A stretch of DNA of 64,000 nt. Source: Gouania willdenowi. Its lineage: Eukaryota. Positions 35,124-48,523 of this stretch are shown piece after piece. The notes beneath the pieces were generated by a model that was not told where the DNA came from, searched no databases, and worked only from the letters and a program-made list of their open reading frames with translations. A program made the translations under genes and the position numbers. Positions within the stretch are counted from its first letter, which is position 1. Every line of letters starts with the position of its first letter. The DNA is taken from the NCBI RefSeq assembly GCF_900634775.1, contig NC_041064.1, forward strand, positions 1,380,717 to 1,444,716. The letters are read 5' to 3'.

Positions 35124-36596
35124 AGAGAGAGAGAGAGAGACTGCTGATGTGTAATTGTATCACACTGTGCTGTTGATGTCTGAAAATCTTCTTCTCAAAC
35201 TGTGATGATTGTAGAGAGCAGCTGCTCACATGCAAAGTTTGTGTTGATGATATTTGGGAGTTGCCCTTGAAATAAAATGTGGATGATCTGCACACTGATG
35301 ATGATTTGATCCAATGATTGGGATAAGTGGTGAGAAATACTTTGAGGTGAGGAAACAAATGAATGTTATTATGTAGTGATGAAACCAAATCAGGGTCTTG
35401 ACATGAACTCAGGCGTTTAACTTTAACTTTAAAAGCAGGATAAATTGATGATCTTTAAATGAAAAATCCTCAGACAAATGTGCACAAACACTTGAAGGCC
35501 TGAACCTCACTGCATTATTCCTTTCATTACAGTAAAAACAATCAGAATAGGAGAGTTACATGTAACACTGTCTCTGTGTGCAGCATCACTGCCTGAAGTC
35601 TAATCTACAGATGTGCCAAATGTGATAAAACATGATGATGATATGATTCAGTGCCAGTGAGAACGACTCAAAGAATCATTTGAAGACTTTTCTTGATTAT
35701 TCTAAATAGAATTACAATATTAATGTGAACAATCCAAAAATGTCAGAATTTAAAGCAATTTAAACATAAATACATATTGTGTATTTTCTTGAAGCGTAAG
35801 TGTTAAAGGGATAAAGCTGTAAAAAGGGGTGTATATACTTGTGCATGTGTGGACAGATGAATGTATAGTGATCACATGAATTGTCGACCTTTGTACCAGA
35901 TCTTTTATTGAACAGCTCCGATGACAGATGACAAGAGTCGTACTATTTAAGAGTCGTACTATTTAAGAGTCGTATTATTTAAGAGTAGTATTATTTCCCA
36001 GTGTAATTTAATCTAGTTCGTCACAAGCAGAGTTTTAACAGACTAAGCACACATGCAGGTGGACGGAGGAAGAAGTCTGTCTCTCTTCATGTCTAAGTCT
36101 ATCTTTCTATCTGCATCTGTTCAAGCACAGTTATCCTCCTTTGTACCCAGCAGAGTCTGGTCCAAACGTGATTTATCCATATACACCAGGACAGTCTAGC
36201 TCTGCTCTCTGTGTCAAAACTCCACAATGTGTAAGTATTCAAACCAAAGCAACAGAGTGTCAGGGCCTACCAGGGACAGACATTGAAAAATACTGGTAGT
36301 GGGCCATCAAAATGGAACCTTTTATTCCTCAACCCCCATAAAATGTATTAATGACCAAATCAGTAAATGTAGTTCTCTTTCATAATCTTCGTTCGATGTC
36401 TAAGTAATGTAGAAGTAAGTAAGTATGTACATTTTTATTTATAAAGTGCTTTTTGCAGATAAAAATCACAAAGGGCTGTACAAAATAGAGGATAAGTTAA
36501 AACAACTGGAGCAACATCATAAAAGCATAATAAAATGTAAGTGAATTTAGAACAACAGGAGCATTTATTAAAGAATAATAAAAGTTGAAAAAAAAA

Positions 36597-38717
36597 ACCT
36601 AAACTGTTTCACACATACAGGACTTCAGGAACTTAACTCTATTATTTCATTCTCCAAACCATCGACCTGCCTTTCAGATCCGATCCCAACTAAGCTGTTT
36701 AAAGAAGTTGTTCCCCTGGTCTGCCCATCTTTGTTGGAGACAATAAATATATCCCTATCAATAGGCTACGTGCCACAGTCCTTTAAAGTAGCTGTAATCA
36801 AACCCCTTCTCAAAAAACCTACTCTTGATTCCAGCACTTTAGCAAACTACAGGCCTATATCTAATCTTCCTTTTATTTCAAAGATTCTTGAGAAAGTTGT
36901 GGCGGCTCAGCTCTGTGACTTCCTTCAAAACAACAGCCTGTTCGAGGACTTCCAGTCAGGTTTTAGAGCTCAACACAGCACAGAGACTGCTTTAGTTAAA
37001 GTAACTAATGATCTACTCTGGGCTTCAGATGAAGGACGACTCTCAGTGCTGGTTTTATTAGATCTTAGTGCAGCTTTTGACACTATAGATCACTATATTC
37101 TACTAGAGAGATTAGAGAAATTACTTAAAATCACAGGGACTGCCCTAAACTGGTTTAAGTCCTACCTATCTGATAGGTACCAGTTTGTACACGTGAATAA
37201 TAAGTCTTCTGTGTACACTAAAGTAAGCTACTGGGTTCCTCAGGGCTCTGTGCTAGGTCCAATCCTCTTCTGTATCTATATGATCCCCCTTGGTAATGTT
37301 ATGAGAAAATACTCTGTTAACTTTCACTGCTATGCTGATGATACCCAACTGTATGTATCAATGAAGCCAGGTGAGACAAATCAGCTATCTAAACTTGAGG
37401 TGTGTCTAAAGGACATTAGGGCCTGGATGCACCAAAATTTTCTTCTTCTTCACTCAGACAAGACTGAGGTCATTGTACTGGGCCCACGACACCTTAGAGA
37501 AACCTATGCTAGCCTAACTGCCCTAGATGGCATTACTCTGGCACAAAGCACAACTGTTAGAAACCTTGGGGTTTTATTTGATCAGGACTTATCCTTCAAC
37601 TCTCACATAAAACAAACTTCAAGAGCTGCCTTCTTTCATCTCCGTAACATTGCTAAAATCAGACCTATCCTGTCTCAGGGCAACACCGAAAAGCTAGTCC
37701 ATGGTTTTGTTACCTCTAGACTGGATTATTGTAATTCTCTTTTAGCAGGCTGCCCGAGCAAGTCGCTTAAGACACTTCAGCTGGTTAAAAATGCTGCAGC
37801 ACGTGTACTGACTAAAACTAGGAGAAGAGATCACATTACTCCTGTATTAGCCTCTCTGCATTGGCTTCCCATAAAATATAGAATAGAATTCAAGATTCTT
37901 CTTCTCACTTATAAAGCCCTAAATGGACAGGCACCAGCCTATCTCAAGGAGCTTGTAGTGCCATACAATCCCCCCAGAACACTACGCTCTCAAAATGCTG
38001 GACTACTCGTTGTTCCATTTGTCTCTAAAAGTAGTATAGGAAGAAGAGCTTTCAGTTATCAGGCCCCACTTCTCTGGAACCATCTACCAACCACGGTTCG
38101 GGGAGCAGACACCCTCTCTACCTTTAAGGTTAGGCTCAAAACATTCCTCTTTGATAAAGCTTTTAGTTAGGAACCAGCTCATAGCTCATAGTTAAGATGC
38201 AATAGGCATAGACTGCCGGGGGGGGGGGTCTGGCATGCTCGGTTGGAGAGAGGTTGGAGAGGGCGTTAAGAGAGAGGTCATTTAGGTTAGAGAGGGACCG
38301 GAGAGGGTCCCATTCCTCTCTCAAACACTCCCTCTATGTCTGCTTCTTCCCTTGTGTGTTTGCTCCTGTACTCCTTCTGGCTTTTGTCTTGCAGGTTCGT
38401 GGGATCCTTAGTGTGGAGTTACAGAGTCTCAACAACTCTGTCTCCACCCTTTCCTCTGCACACACCCAACACAGCATAACGTGGATGGCTGTTCATCATA
38501 GGAATGGGATCCACACAAGGTTCCTGCTGCTTAACAGAAGGTTTTCCTTGCCGCCATGATGAATTCATGTTGGGTGTGGGATACATATGTATGTGTATAT
38601 ACGTATATATGCATATGTGTGTATCCATAAAATGAAGAGTCCGTCCTTAAGACTGCTCTACTGTAAAGTGTCTTGAGATACCATTGGTTATGATTTGGCG
38701 CTATACAAATAAAAGAT
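36597..38717 (+). mobile_element. 5'-truncated L2-type LINE copy (a family different from the minus-strand L2). It has an intact 479-aa ORF covering RT plus the C-terminal domain, and a 3'UTR ending in (TGAT)n.
   Basis: ORF 36731-38170 shows ...[27 protein letters not shown]...[23 protein letters not shown]...[20 protein letters not shown]...[10 protein letters not shown]...[34 protein letters not shown]...[15 protein letters not shown]. The tail reads gcgctatacaaataaaagattgattgattga. The element is absent from the orthologous position in units 1, 3 and 4. Confidence 0.75.
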
Positions 38718-39834
38718 TGATTGATTGAGATCTGATTATGGCAAGAGATTTCTCACTTTAAAGATATTTCTCAGGGGGTAAAATCAGTTTTAGGTCAGTT
38801 GACAACAGTGCCCTTCCAAATACATTGACTGATCAAACACAACCACAAGGTTTCTGAGGTGGGTTTTCACAGATGAGTCCAGAGCACCAAGGGAGTTCTT
38901 AATCAGGGGGATCTTTTTATCAGGAGCGATGATCAGAGTGTCGCTTTGTTGGAGTTTATTTGAAGATAATTTGATGACAACCAGTTTTTGATTAAAGACA
39001 CACAATCCAAGAACTCAGATAAACAGTGAAACTCTTTGTCATAAAAGGAGCAATATAGCTGAATATCATCTGCATAGAAATAAGACACATTTTCAAAACC
39101 ACGGATAAACCAACCAAGAGGCATCAGGTACAATAAAAACAAAACAGGCCCCAGAACAGAGCCCTGGGCTACTCCACATGACAGGTTGGACACATTGGAC
39201 ATTACATCGTTAATAGTAACAAAAGTTCTTCCATTTTTATAAGAAGTAAACCACTGGAGAACAGCTCCAGAAAACCTCATCTCAGATTTGAGTCGATCAA
39301 CCAGTATACTGTGATCTACAGAGTCAAAGGCAGATGTTAAATGAAGTAAAACCAAAACTGTGTCGTGACCAGAGTCAGCAGCCGTCACCACGTCACTGGA
39401 AACTTTGACAAGAGCAGTTTCAGTGGAGTGGATTGACCTGAAGCCAGATATATATTTATCATGAAAATCATGCTGTTTCAAGAATGTGGTTAGCTGCTTA
39501 TCCACAACTTTTTCCCTTATTTTTGACATGAGGAGAAGTTTAGATATGGACCGGTAATTTATAGACTCCCCGGGATCAATATGAGGCTTTTTAAGAATGG
39601 GATTCACAATAGCATGTTTAAAGAAGCTGGGGACTGAGCCAGATTGAAGTGAAAGGTTTATCAAATTTACCATCTAACACGCAATGAGGGTTCATCTTTC
39701 CCACTAAAACCTGAACATCCAGTAGGCTGACAGGAGTGAAGGAGGACCTTGAGCACACAGGGGCAGATGCAGTGCACAAGCTAACCAAGGGAGGAGTGAT
39801 ACTGGCCCTAATGTCTTGCACTTTACTCCAGTTT

Positions 39835-40356
39835 TAAAGTCTTTACACTGGCTCCCAGTCAGCCTCAGAATAGACTTTAAAGTTCTGCTGCTGGTGTATA
39901 AATCTGTGAATGGGTTTGGTCCAGAATACATCAGTGACATGTTAGTCAGGTATGAACCCAGCAGGTCTCTCAGATCTATGGACACAGATCAGATAGTGGA
40001 GCCCAGAGTTCACAGTAAACATGGTGATGCTGCTTTTAGTTGTTATGCTGCAAAGAAGTGGAACAAACTGCCAGCGGAGCTGAAGTCAGCATCCAATGTG
40101 AACATTTTTAAATCAAAGTTAAAGGCACTTTTTTTCTCTACTGCATATGATTGAGAGAGAGACTTTGTCATGTTGTTGATGTAATGATGATTTTACTGAT
40201 GATTTTAATTGATTTTACTGATTTTACTGATGATTTTAAATGTTCTTATTGATTTTAAACAATTGAATGTTTTATCATGTAAAGCACATTGAGTTGCCTT
40301 GAGTATGAAATGCGCTATATAAATAAATTTGCCTTGCCTTGCCTTGCCTTGCCTTT
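39835..40356 (+). mobile_element. 5'-truncated LINE 3' fragment (ORF2 C-terminal domain) with a (GCCTT)n tail, nested in the unit 2 L2.
   Basis: ORF 39816-40154 shows ...LKSLHWLPVSLRIDFKVLLLVYKSVNGFGPEYISDMLVRYEPSRSLRS...AAFSCYAAKKWNKLPAELKSASNVNIFKSKLKALFF. The tail reads gcgctatataaataaatttgccttgccttgccttgccttgcctt. Present in unit 2 only. Confidence 0.6.
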
Positions 40357-41039
40357 GTTCACAAATAAGTTCAGAAAATTATTGGAGTCATCCTTTGTGT
40401 GCACAGGCAGGTGTGCCGGAGTCCACCGCCTCGACCCCATTTTTTGGCAGGCTTCCTCCGCGGGAAAGGTGAGCGCAGCAGATCAGCAGGTACTAAAGCC
40501 AAGTGTGGAAGAAGTCCAGATACTTGATCCTCAAAGTTGTAGTTTAGACACACCTCATAAGATTAGTTAAGATTAATAAGTGCCTGACGGTCATACACTA
40601 TCAATGCAGTGATATTTTGGCACAAAATACCGAACAATGCAGTAACAAACAATAGTTTCAGCAGAGCAGACGCTATCGCCATCTTGTCAAGGCTATAGTG
40701 ACCAGCTAGCTGCCAGTATTAGCGCTAGCTAACAACCTCAACTCCCTGCCTGTGCACCCACTCAAAAGGGACAGAGGCCAAAGTCCCTCACACCAGAGGA
40801 TTCGGAGACTCCAGAGCCTGACTCTTTTGATGCAAGAATAAAATATCGAGCCAAGACACACCAGGTCTGCTCGAGCTGCTTGGGGCTGGAACATGCCTGG
40901 CTGGCGGTCGATGTTCCCGGCTCCTGTTGACACTGTGCGGTGTTCACAGTGAAGAGTCTCCACAGATGCCATGCTAGCTTGTCTGGGCTTGACCCTCTTC
41001 TCCCTTCACACGGCGGGGATCGGTGGAAGACATCCTTGA

Positions 41040-44000
41040 ACTGGACTGTGGGGAGGATTAAGATGCCGCCTCTGAACCCCTCATATCAGAGAATGAAGAG
41101 GAAGACACTGTCTTCATCACTCCGGCCCTCCGTTGCCTCTCGGGATGGAGATGAGGGAAGCACACCAGCTGCAATTCTCAATGGCTCGAATATGCTCGAT
41201 GTGTGCAAACGCACTGCTGCCCGGCAAGCCATCCTCTGTCGGAAAAGATTTCCCATGGCCAATAGCAGCAGAAGCGCGCTGCCCGGTGCCTCATCCCTCA
41301 ACTGTGAAGCAGACCCAGGCACCCCTGGAATGCCTGGGTCTGCTCCGCTTGCCTTCGGTGGAGCCACTCGTTCCGCAACTGTCAGCAGTGTCCTCCCGGA
41401 GGCCGAGCCTGCCATTCAAGTCTGACTGTCTCCAGTCAGCCCTGACTGAGAAGGCTTACAAGGCAGTGGCGCTTACTGCGAGAGCGCTCAACGTTCTCTC
41501 CCTGCACACTGCCTATCAGGCTGAGCTGTGCAAGGTTTTTGGGCCAAATCAGGACCCGGCCAGGTGGGAGGAGTTGTCAGTTGTCACCGACCTGTGTCTT
41601 TGTGTTTACCGCTGAAGGAAACCGGTCGGACGGAGAAAAGGGCGATGTCCTGGACATGCCAGTAGTCCCAGAGAGGTTTTTTGGATCTGCATTGACCTCG
41701 ATGCAATGGCGGTGGGAAGCCAACAAGAAGGATGACGAGGCTCCCCGCCTCTGTTTCCCTTGTAAAACCCCAGCTCCATCTCAGGGCTTGCAGTTTAAAA
41801 TGTCTAAACTGTCTTTGCCCTGGCCCATCCTGCCATTTCAAAACAGTCTTTCTGGTTGTTCCAATAAGCCTTCGGCCTCGGCGCAGCATGCCCAGGCCAG
41901 GAAGAAGAAGAGAGCAGCCTGACCGCCCCTCTCTCCTCCGGTGACACAGCTGGAAGTCTTTCGTTCTCCTGCTCCACCAATTTTGCTTTCGAGCTTGCAC
42001 TCATGGGTCCCCCACGCCCCTGTCTCCCCGCTACCACGCCCCGTACCGGAGGTCGCCTTGAAAGACGGACATGTTTCGACAAAGGACTCAGCGGTTTCCT
42101 CTCTTTCATGTCCACAAGCATGCACACACACACACACGATTTATTTAAAATAATAACATGTGTCTCGCTGTTGCACCCATGCCACTGGCCAAGAGCGCAG
42201 GAAATGAATGCATAATCTGTCACAATAAGCAGCGCAGTGACAGCTCCCACTGTTTCCCCTCGGATGTGCAGACGATGCTTGCCCTGCGGTATTTGATCTT
42301 GCATTTATGTGCACTGAACAGATACAGGTTCAGGCTGCTTATGCACGCCTCCCTGCTGCGTCTTTTGCGACAGAACAATTGGTTCATGTCTGTCTACCTG
42401 AAGGACGCGTATTTCCACATCTCAATATATCCTCCCCACAGAAAGTATCTGAAAAGCTTTCCGGGGGATAGGTTACATATACCGCTTGCTCACTCTCTTC
42501 TGCTTCTTGACAAAGGGACAAAGGCAGTCGCATTTTTCTTCTCCCGCTCTCCTCCCTATCTACCCTTGCTGCTTGTTTTGTATGCTGCTATTAGAAGACT
42601 CTCTTTGTATTCATCCAAAACCGAAACCATGAAATTCTTCTGCTGGTCATTTAATGTTATTTATAAAGTTTTTCAATGAAAAGACCAGGCTGAGGTGAGC
42701 CTGCATGCCCTGATGGCTCTTTTCGAGCTGGATACACAATGAATTCCTGGAAGGTTGTATGTCTGTCGCTATTTTCCATTGAGGACGTCGAGGATATATA
42801 CATGAATGGAATCATGTTAGGCAGCCATTTTGGGAAGGCTGCCAGTCAACATTGAAGGTTTGGGCAGGGCGTTGAACTCTGACTATAAGGAATCGATCTT
42901 GGAAAGAATGGAGAGGATGTTTGATCCCACAATATTAGATTACTGTGACCAGAGACTTTCAAGGCTACTGGAAAGAATGCTAGCCTGTAACAAAAACAAT
43001 TCACTATCAACGATTGGCCTCCCCCAACATGCTTAAGGATGTGTTCAATTTCACTGGGATGTTTACAGATGTGACTCTCTGTCCTCATCCCAGCTGAACT
43101 CTTGGCTATGAACCATAACATCCGACTGTATCAGAGGAGAGCAAAGTTTATTGAGTCTGTCTTCTCTGCTTTGGTTTGGTTTCCGGCCCTCTACCCCCCA
43201 CCTTCCCCTCCAGCTCATGGAAGTGTGTGGAGAAGCGCCTACTACTGGCAGCACGCTGCAACCCCCCTCCCCCAGCGGCTGGATATCCCCTACCCCTCTT
43301 CGCCCCCGACCCACATCCAACCCCCACCATCCCATGTGCTATACTGTGACTGTGTTATCTTATTTGTGTTTTTCTAGCTGAGAGGTTTTTCCTGGTTCTG
43401 TACTTTGTTCTCCTTTTGAGAATTCAATTCATAATCTGTTTTTTCCCCTAACCTCTCCTTCTGTTGTTTTCCCTTTTTTCATCTAAATATGGGGCGCCTC
43501 CAATGCTCTTGACCCACAATTCGCCCGTTTTTGTCTCTCATGTTATTTGTTACTGTTTTTCCTTGTTTTTATCTGTGAAAAGCACTCTGTAAATAAAGAT
43601 TACTTTTTGACTTACTCCCTTTCTGTCTTTCTTTAAGCCCGAGGGTGTAAGTCTTGCTGAGACGGCAGGGCATCCGCTTGTTGGAGGTGGAAGCCAGAGC
43701 GCACACGCGTATGCTATTATGTCACCTGTTCTACCTGGGTTTTGTGATAAACTCGGAAAAGAGCATGTTGTCACCAGCATAGGAAATGGCCTTCCTGGTA
43801 CTATCCCTGCACTCAGCGTCTTTCACGACGCACCTCTCAGTGGAACGGGTGAAAGCGTTCAGGGCATGCCTCACACTTTTCCAACTGTGCAAATCTGTTC
43901 AATTCAGATTATGTCTTCGGGAATTCGGGCTGATGGCATCTGTCATCCTCGTACTCTGCCTCGGTCGCCTCCAGAATTCCAGCTGTGGGTGGACTCGTGC

Positions 44001-45600
44001 GGGCTGGACCACATACAGAATGGCACACGTAGGGTACTGGTCAAGCCGGAGTGTGCCGAGGCTTTATACAGAGTCCCGGTTTTCATGACGCACAGTGTGC
44101 TGTCGTGTCCAGGAAGGTGGTCACCATGGACACCAGCCTGACAGGCTGGGGTGGGGTTCACAAGGGCCGGTCTCTGAGGGGCCACTGGAGTGTGGACCTC
44201 CAGCGCTCTCGCATAAATTATTTGGAGCTTTCAGCGGTTTTACTCACTGAAAAGTATCCTCCCGTCTCTCATGGGACACCATATCCTGGTGAGGACGAAC
44301 AATACAACGACGGTGGCGTATATCAACGCCAGGGTGGATTACTCTGCTGTCGGTTGCATATGTTGGCACGCAAACTGATTCTGTGGAGTTGTGGTTGCTT
44401 CCTCTTTCTGAGGGCGACACACATCCAGAGAATCCTGAACACGGACGCTGACCTGTTGTCCAAGGACGCGCTGCTGTACAGGGTGTGGATGCTACACCCG
44501 TACATGGTGCAACAGTTACTGACCCGTTACGAGTTCTGTTCACCGAGGCAGGAGATGCACAGTGTACGCTGTTTAACTCCCTGCCCAGCACGGGCGCTCC
44601 CCTCGGCATACTATACAGATTGCCTGAGCGTTGTTTGGGGATGGTGTCACCAGAAGTGACATACCCCGTTTCAGTGTCCGGTAGGAATGATTTTGTCATC
44701 TGCAGGATCTGATTGACGAACAAAAAGACTGACAGTGTGTTTGGCAGTGATTGCCGCCTGTCACCTGGGCTTTGGGAAGAAAACAGCAACACCTAACCCC
44801 TAACCCAACACCCAGTGATTTGCCGTTTTATGAAATGAGCATGCAGGCTCCTCCCCGTGTCCAGACCGCTGGTGCCACCGTGGGATCTGGCAGTGGAGGG
44901 ACAAAAATGTCTTTCTTTTGAACCGCTAAGGGAGGCAGACTTTAAGTTTGTCTCTCTGAAAACAGTTTTGTTACTGGCTCTGGTGGGTCAGTGACATCCA
45001 TGCGTTTTTGGTACACCCGCCATCCGCTCAGCTCTTCCCGGGCAATGTAAGGCTGATTTTGAAGACGAACTTGGCCTTTGTACTGAAGGTGTTGGGCTCA
45101 TGTTCTCCTATTGACCTCATGACCTTCTCTATCTCATAGGGTGAGCAGCGGCCTCATATGTTGTATCCGGTCTTTGCAGTGCACGCTTACAGTGCATGGA
45201 CATGACGGGGAGCTTCAACTGTTCGTCTTCTGGGCTAATCTTCATAAGGGAAAACCTGTCACAAAGCAGCGCCTTTCCCCCTTTGTGGTGGAGACTGGTG
45301 CCCTGCTGTGCCTGGGTGATAGAGGTTGCCACAGTGCTCTGTGGGGCCAGTATAGTTCTGGGGGTTCCGCGGAGTGGGTTTCCGGCTGTGCTGTTCGGCA
45401 CGTCCCTGGGGCCTCGCGGTGCCGCTTGCGTTCCTCTCCAGTGTCTTACTGTCTGGACAGGCCGTGCTCACAGCAAATAGGCCTCCTACACAGACACTAC
45501 ACTTAATTTCCAGCTGGTCTGGCTCTTTCACGTTGTGTATCACACCCCTATCCAACCCATGGGGGTCTGGATGATGGGGGCCCCGTGCCACTAATGCTTT
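41040..45600 (+). mobile_element. DIRS-like YR retroelement, unit 2 copy, degenerate.
   Basis: Paralogous to 28830-33490. The RT motif WFMSVYLKDAYFHISIYPPHRKYLKSF lies at ~42370. RNase H INYLELSAVLL lies at ~44210. The YR region is 45141-45590. Confidence 0.7.
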
Positions 45601-46114
45601 TTATGTTTTATTAGGCTTAACATGTAAACATTATCAGTGCGGGTGGAAAAAGTATGTGAGCAGGCCGTTTCTGAGAGAGATCTTAATTTATTTCTTTTTT
45701 TTTCTTTTAACCTTGTCTGCACATGAGGGAGATCTTAATAAATGTGAGTAAAGTACAATCATCATCTGAATCTGTTCTAGTGTCTAAAGGACCCTTAACT
45801 GAGCAAGTGATTTGTCACACAAGTATAAGAACCTGAAAACCTGGACAATTTGGTGTTATCAAATTAATAGAAATGGCATCTGGATGGTATAAAGCAAACT
45901 GTATGATGTCATCAAGAATAGACGCCCTCACAGGAGCAAGAATACATTCTGTTTTTATCATTACATAACTTGTAGAGCCATAGGTCTCTGAGGGAGGTTC
46001 CATCCTCAGGTCCAACCTCCACATCCCTGTGTTTGAGCAGGAATAATATATCAGTTGTACATCAGAGAGCCTGAGGCAGAACGCTGCAGAGCTCAGCAGG
46101 TTCTCCTCCTCACT

Positions 46115-46287
46115 ATGAGCACACCTGATGAAGCTGAGCTCTGCTATCCACACCTGGGAAACTCCTCGTGCAGGAGGATCATGCGCTCTCACTCAGTGTC
46201 TGTGCTCATTTCCATCATCCTGTCCTCCATCTCTGTGCTCACTGTGACCCTCAACCTGCTGGTCATCATCTCTATCTCACACTTCAA
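46115..46287 (+). CDS. TAAR-family GPCR, copy 3, exon 1.
   Basis: Identical in protein to exon 1 of copy 1. Donor is AA|GTAATG. Confidence 0.8.
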
Positions 46288-46424
46288 GTAATGACATGTT
46301 CTGTTGTTTAATGAACTGTTGTTACATTGTTGAATGTTTCTGTGTTTGACTCCTGCTGTTATCTGCTTTGATCAGAACTGTCGTATAATATAATGATCAG
46401 TGTGTTGCTCTCTAACTCCTGCAG

Positions 46425-47235
46425 GAAGCTGCACACTCCCACCAACTTCCTCCTCCTCTCTCTCGCTCTGTCAGATTTCTCTGTGGGATTTGTTTGGATT
46501 TTTCAGATCCTGCTCTTAGACGGCTGCTGGTATTTCAGTGATGGCTGGTGTGTCTTTAATGCATTCTTAACTGCTTTTGTCACCTGTGCTTCAGTAGGAA
46601 CTGTTGTGCTGATATCAGTTGATCGTTATGTGGCTGTTTGTGATCCAATGCACTATTCTACCAAAGTTACTCCAAACACAGCAAAGATGAGTGTTGTCTT
46701 ATGTTGGTTTTGTTTCTTTGTCTTTTACACTGCAATGCTCAAAGACAATATTGAACATCCAGGTGGGTTTAATACCTGTGTAGGAGAGTGTGTAGTTTAT
46801 TTACCTCCTGTTGCAGGAATCATTCATATCATTTTTACTTTTATCTTTCCAGTGAGTATCATAGTGGTCTTGTATGTCAGAGTGTTTGCAGTGGCTGTGT
46901 CTCAGGCCCGGGCCATGCGCTCTCATGTTACAGTGGTGACACTTCATGGATCACTGAAGGTTAACAGATCAGAGCTGAAAGCAGCCAGAGCTCTGGGTGT
47001 AGTGGTTGTTGTGTCTATAATGTGTTTATCTCCACTTTATATTGCTATACTTTCAGCAGGGTTTGCAGGGTTAAAGGCATCATCTTATGTTGCTTTTTCA
47101 TGTGTACATTTAATCAACTCCTTACTAAACCCTGTGATCTATGCATTTCTGTATCCTTGGTTCAGGAAATGTGTGAAATGTATTTTTTCTCTTCAGATTC
47201 TGAAGTCTGGTTCCAGTGAGGCCAACATACTGTAA
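46425..47235 (+). CDS. TAAR-family GPCR, copy 3, exon 2. Stop at 47233-47235.
   Basis: Nearly identical to copy 1, including the TM5 version AGIIHIIFTFIFP. It differs from copy 1 at a few codons (for example WISQIL is WIFQIL, and ATLSAG is AILSAG). Confidence 0.85.
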
Positions 47236-48523
47236 AGAGAGAGAGAGAGAGACTGCTGATGTGTAATTGTATCACACTGTGCTGTTGATGTCTGAAAATC
47301 TTCTTCTCAAACTGTGATGATTGTAGAGAGCAGCTGCTCACATGCAAAGTTTGTGTTGATGATATTTGGGAGTTGCCCTTGAAATAAAATGTGGATGATC
47401 TGCACACTAATGATGATTTGATCCAATGATTGGGATAAGTGGTGAGAAATACTTTGAGGTGAGGAAACAAATGAATGTTATTATGTAGTGATGAAACCAA
47501 ATCAGGGTCTTGACATGAACTCAGGCGTTTAACTTTAACTTTACAAGCAGGATAAATTGATGATCTTTAAATGAAAAATCCTCAGACAAATGTGCACAAA
47601 CACTTGAAGGCCTGAACCTCACTGCATTATTCCTTTCATTACAGTAAAAACAATCAGAATAGGAGAGTTACATGTAACACTGTCTCTGTGTGCAGCATCA
47701 CTGCCTGAAATCTAATCTACAGATGTGCCAAATGTGATAAAACATGATGATGATATGATTCAGTGCCAGTGAGAACGACTCAAAGAATCATTTGAAGACT
47801 TTTCTTGATTATTCTAAATAGAATTACAATATTAATGTGAACAATCCAAAAATGTCAGAATTTAAAGCAATTTAAACATAAATACATATTGTGTATTTTC
47901 TTGAAGCGTAAGTGTTAAAGGGATAAAGCTGTAAAAAGGGGTGTATATACTTGTGTATGTGTGGACAGATGAATGTATAGTGATCACATGAATTGTCGAC
48001 CTTTGTACCAGATCTTTTATTGAACAGCTCCGATGACAGATGACAAGAGTCGTACTATTTAAGAGTAGTATTATTTAAGAGTAGTATTATTTAAGAGTAG
48101 TATTATTTCCCAGTGTAATTTAATCTAGTTCGTCACAAGCAGAGTTTTAACAGACTAAGCACACATGCAGGTGGACGGAGGAAGAAGTCTGTCTCTCTTC
48201 ATGTCTAAGTCTATCTTTCTATCTGCATCTGTTCAAGCACAGTTATCCTCCTTTGTACCCAGCAGAGTCTGGTCCAAACGTGATTTATCCATATACACCA
48301 GGACAGTCTAGCTCTGCTCTCTGTGTCAAAACTCCACAATGTGTAAGTATTCAAACCAAAGCAACAGAGTGTCAGGGCCTACCAGGGACAGACATTGAAA
48401 AATACTGGTAGTGGGCCATCAAAATGGAACCTTTTATTCCTCAACCCCCATAAAATGTATTAATGACCAAATCAGTAAATGTAGTTCTCTTTCATAATCT
48501 TCGTTCGATGTCTAAGTAATGTA

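Larger units (their letters stand above)
36408..40760 (-). mobile_element. L2-clade LINE, unit 2 copy. It is disrupted by two nested plus-strand LINE insertions (36597-38717 and 39835-40356) and lacks ~590 bp of the EN region present in unit 1.
   Basis: Minus-strand RT ORF 38933-39673 is nearly identical to the unit 1 RT. Alignment by eye to unit 1 shows the insertions and deletions. Confidence 0.7.
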
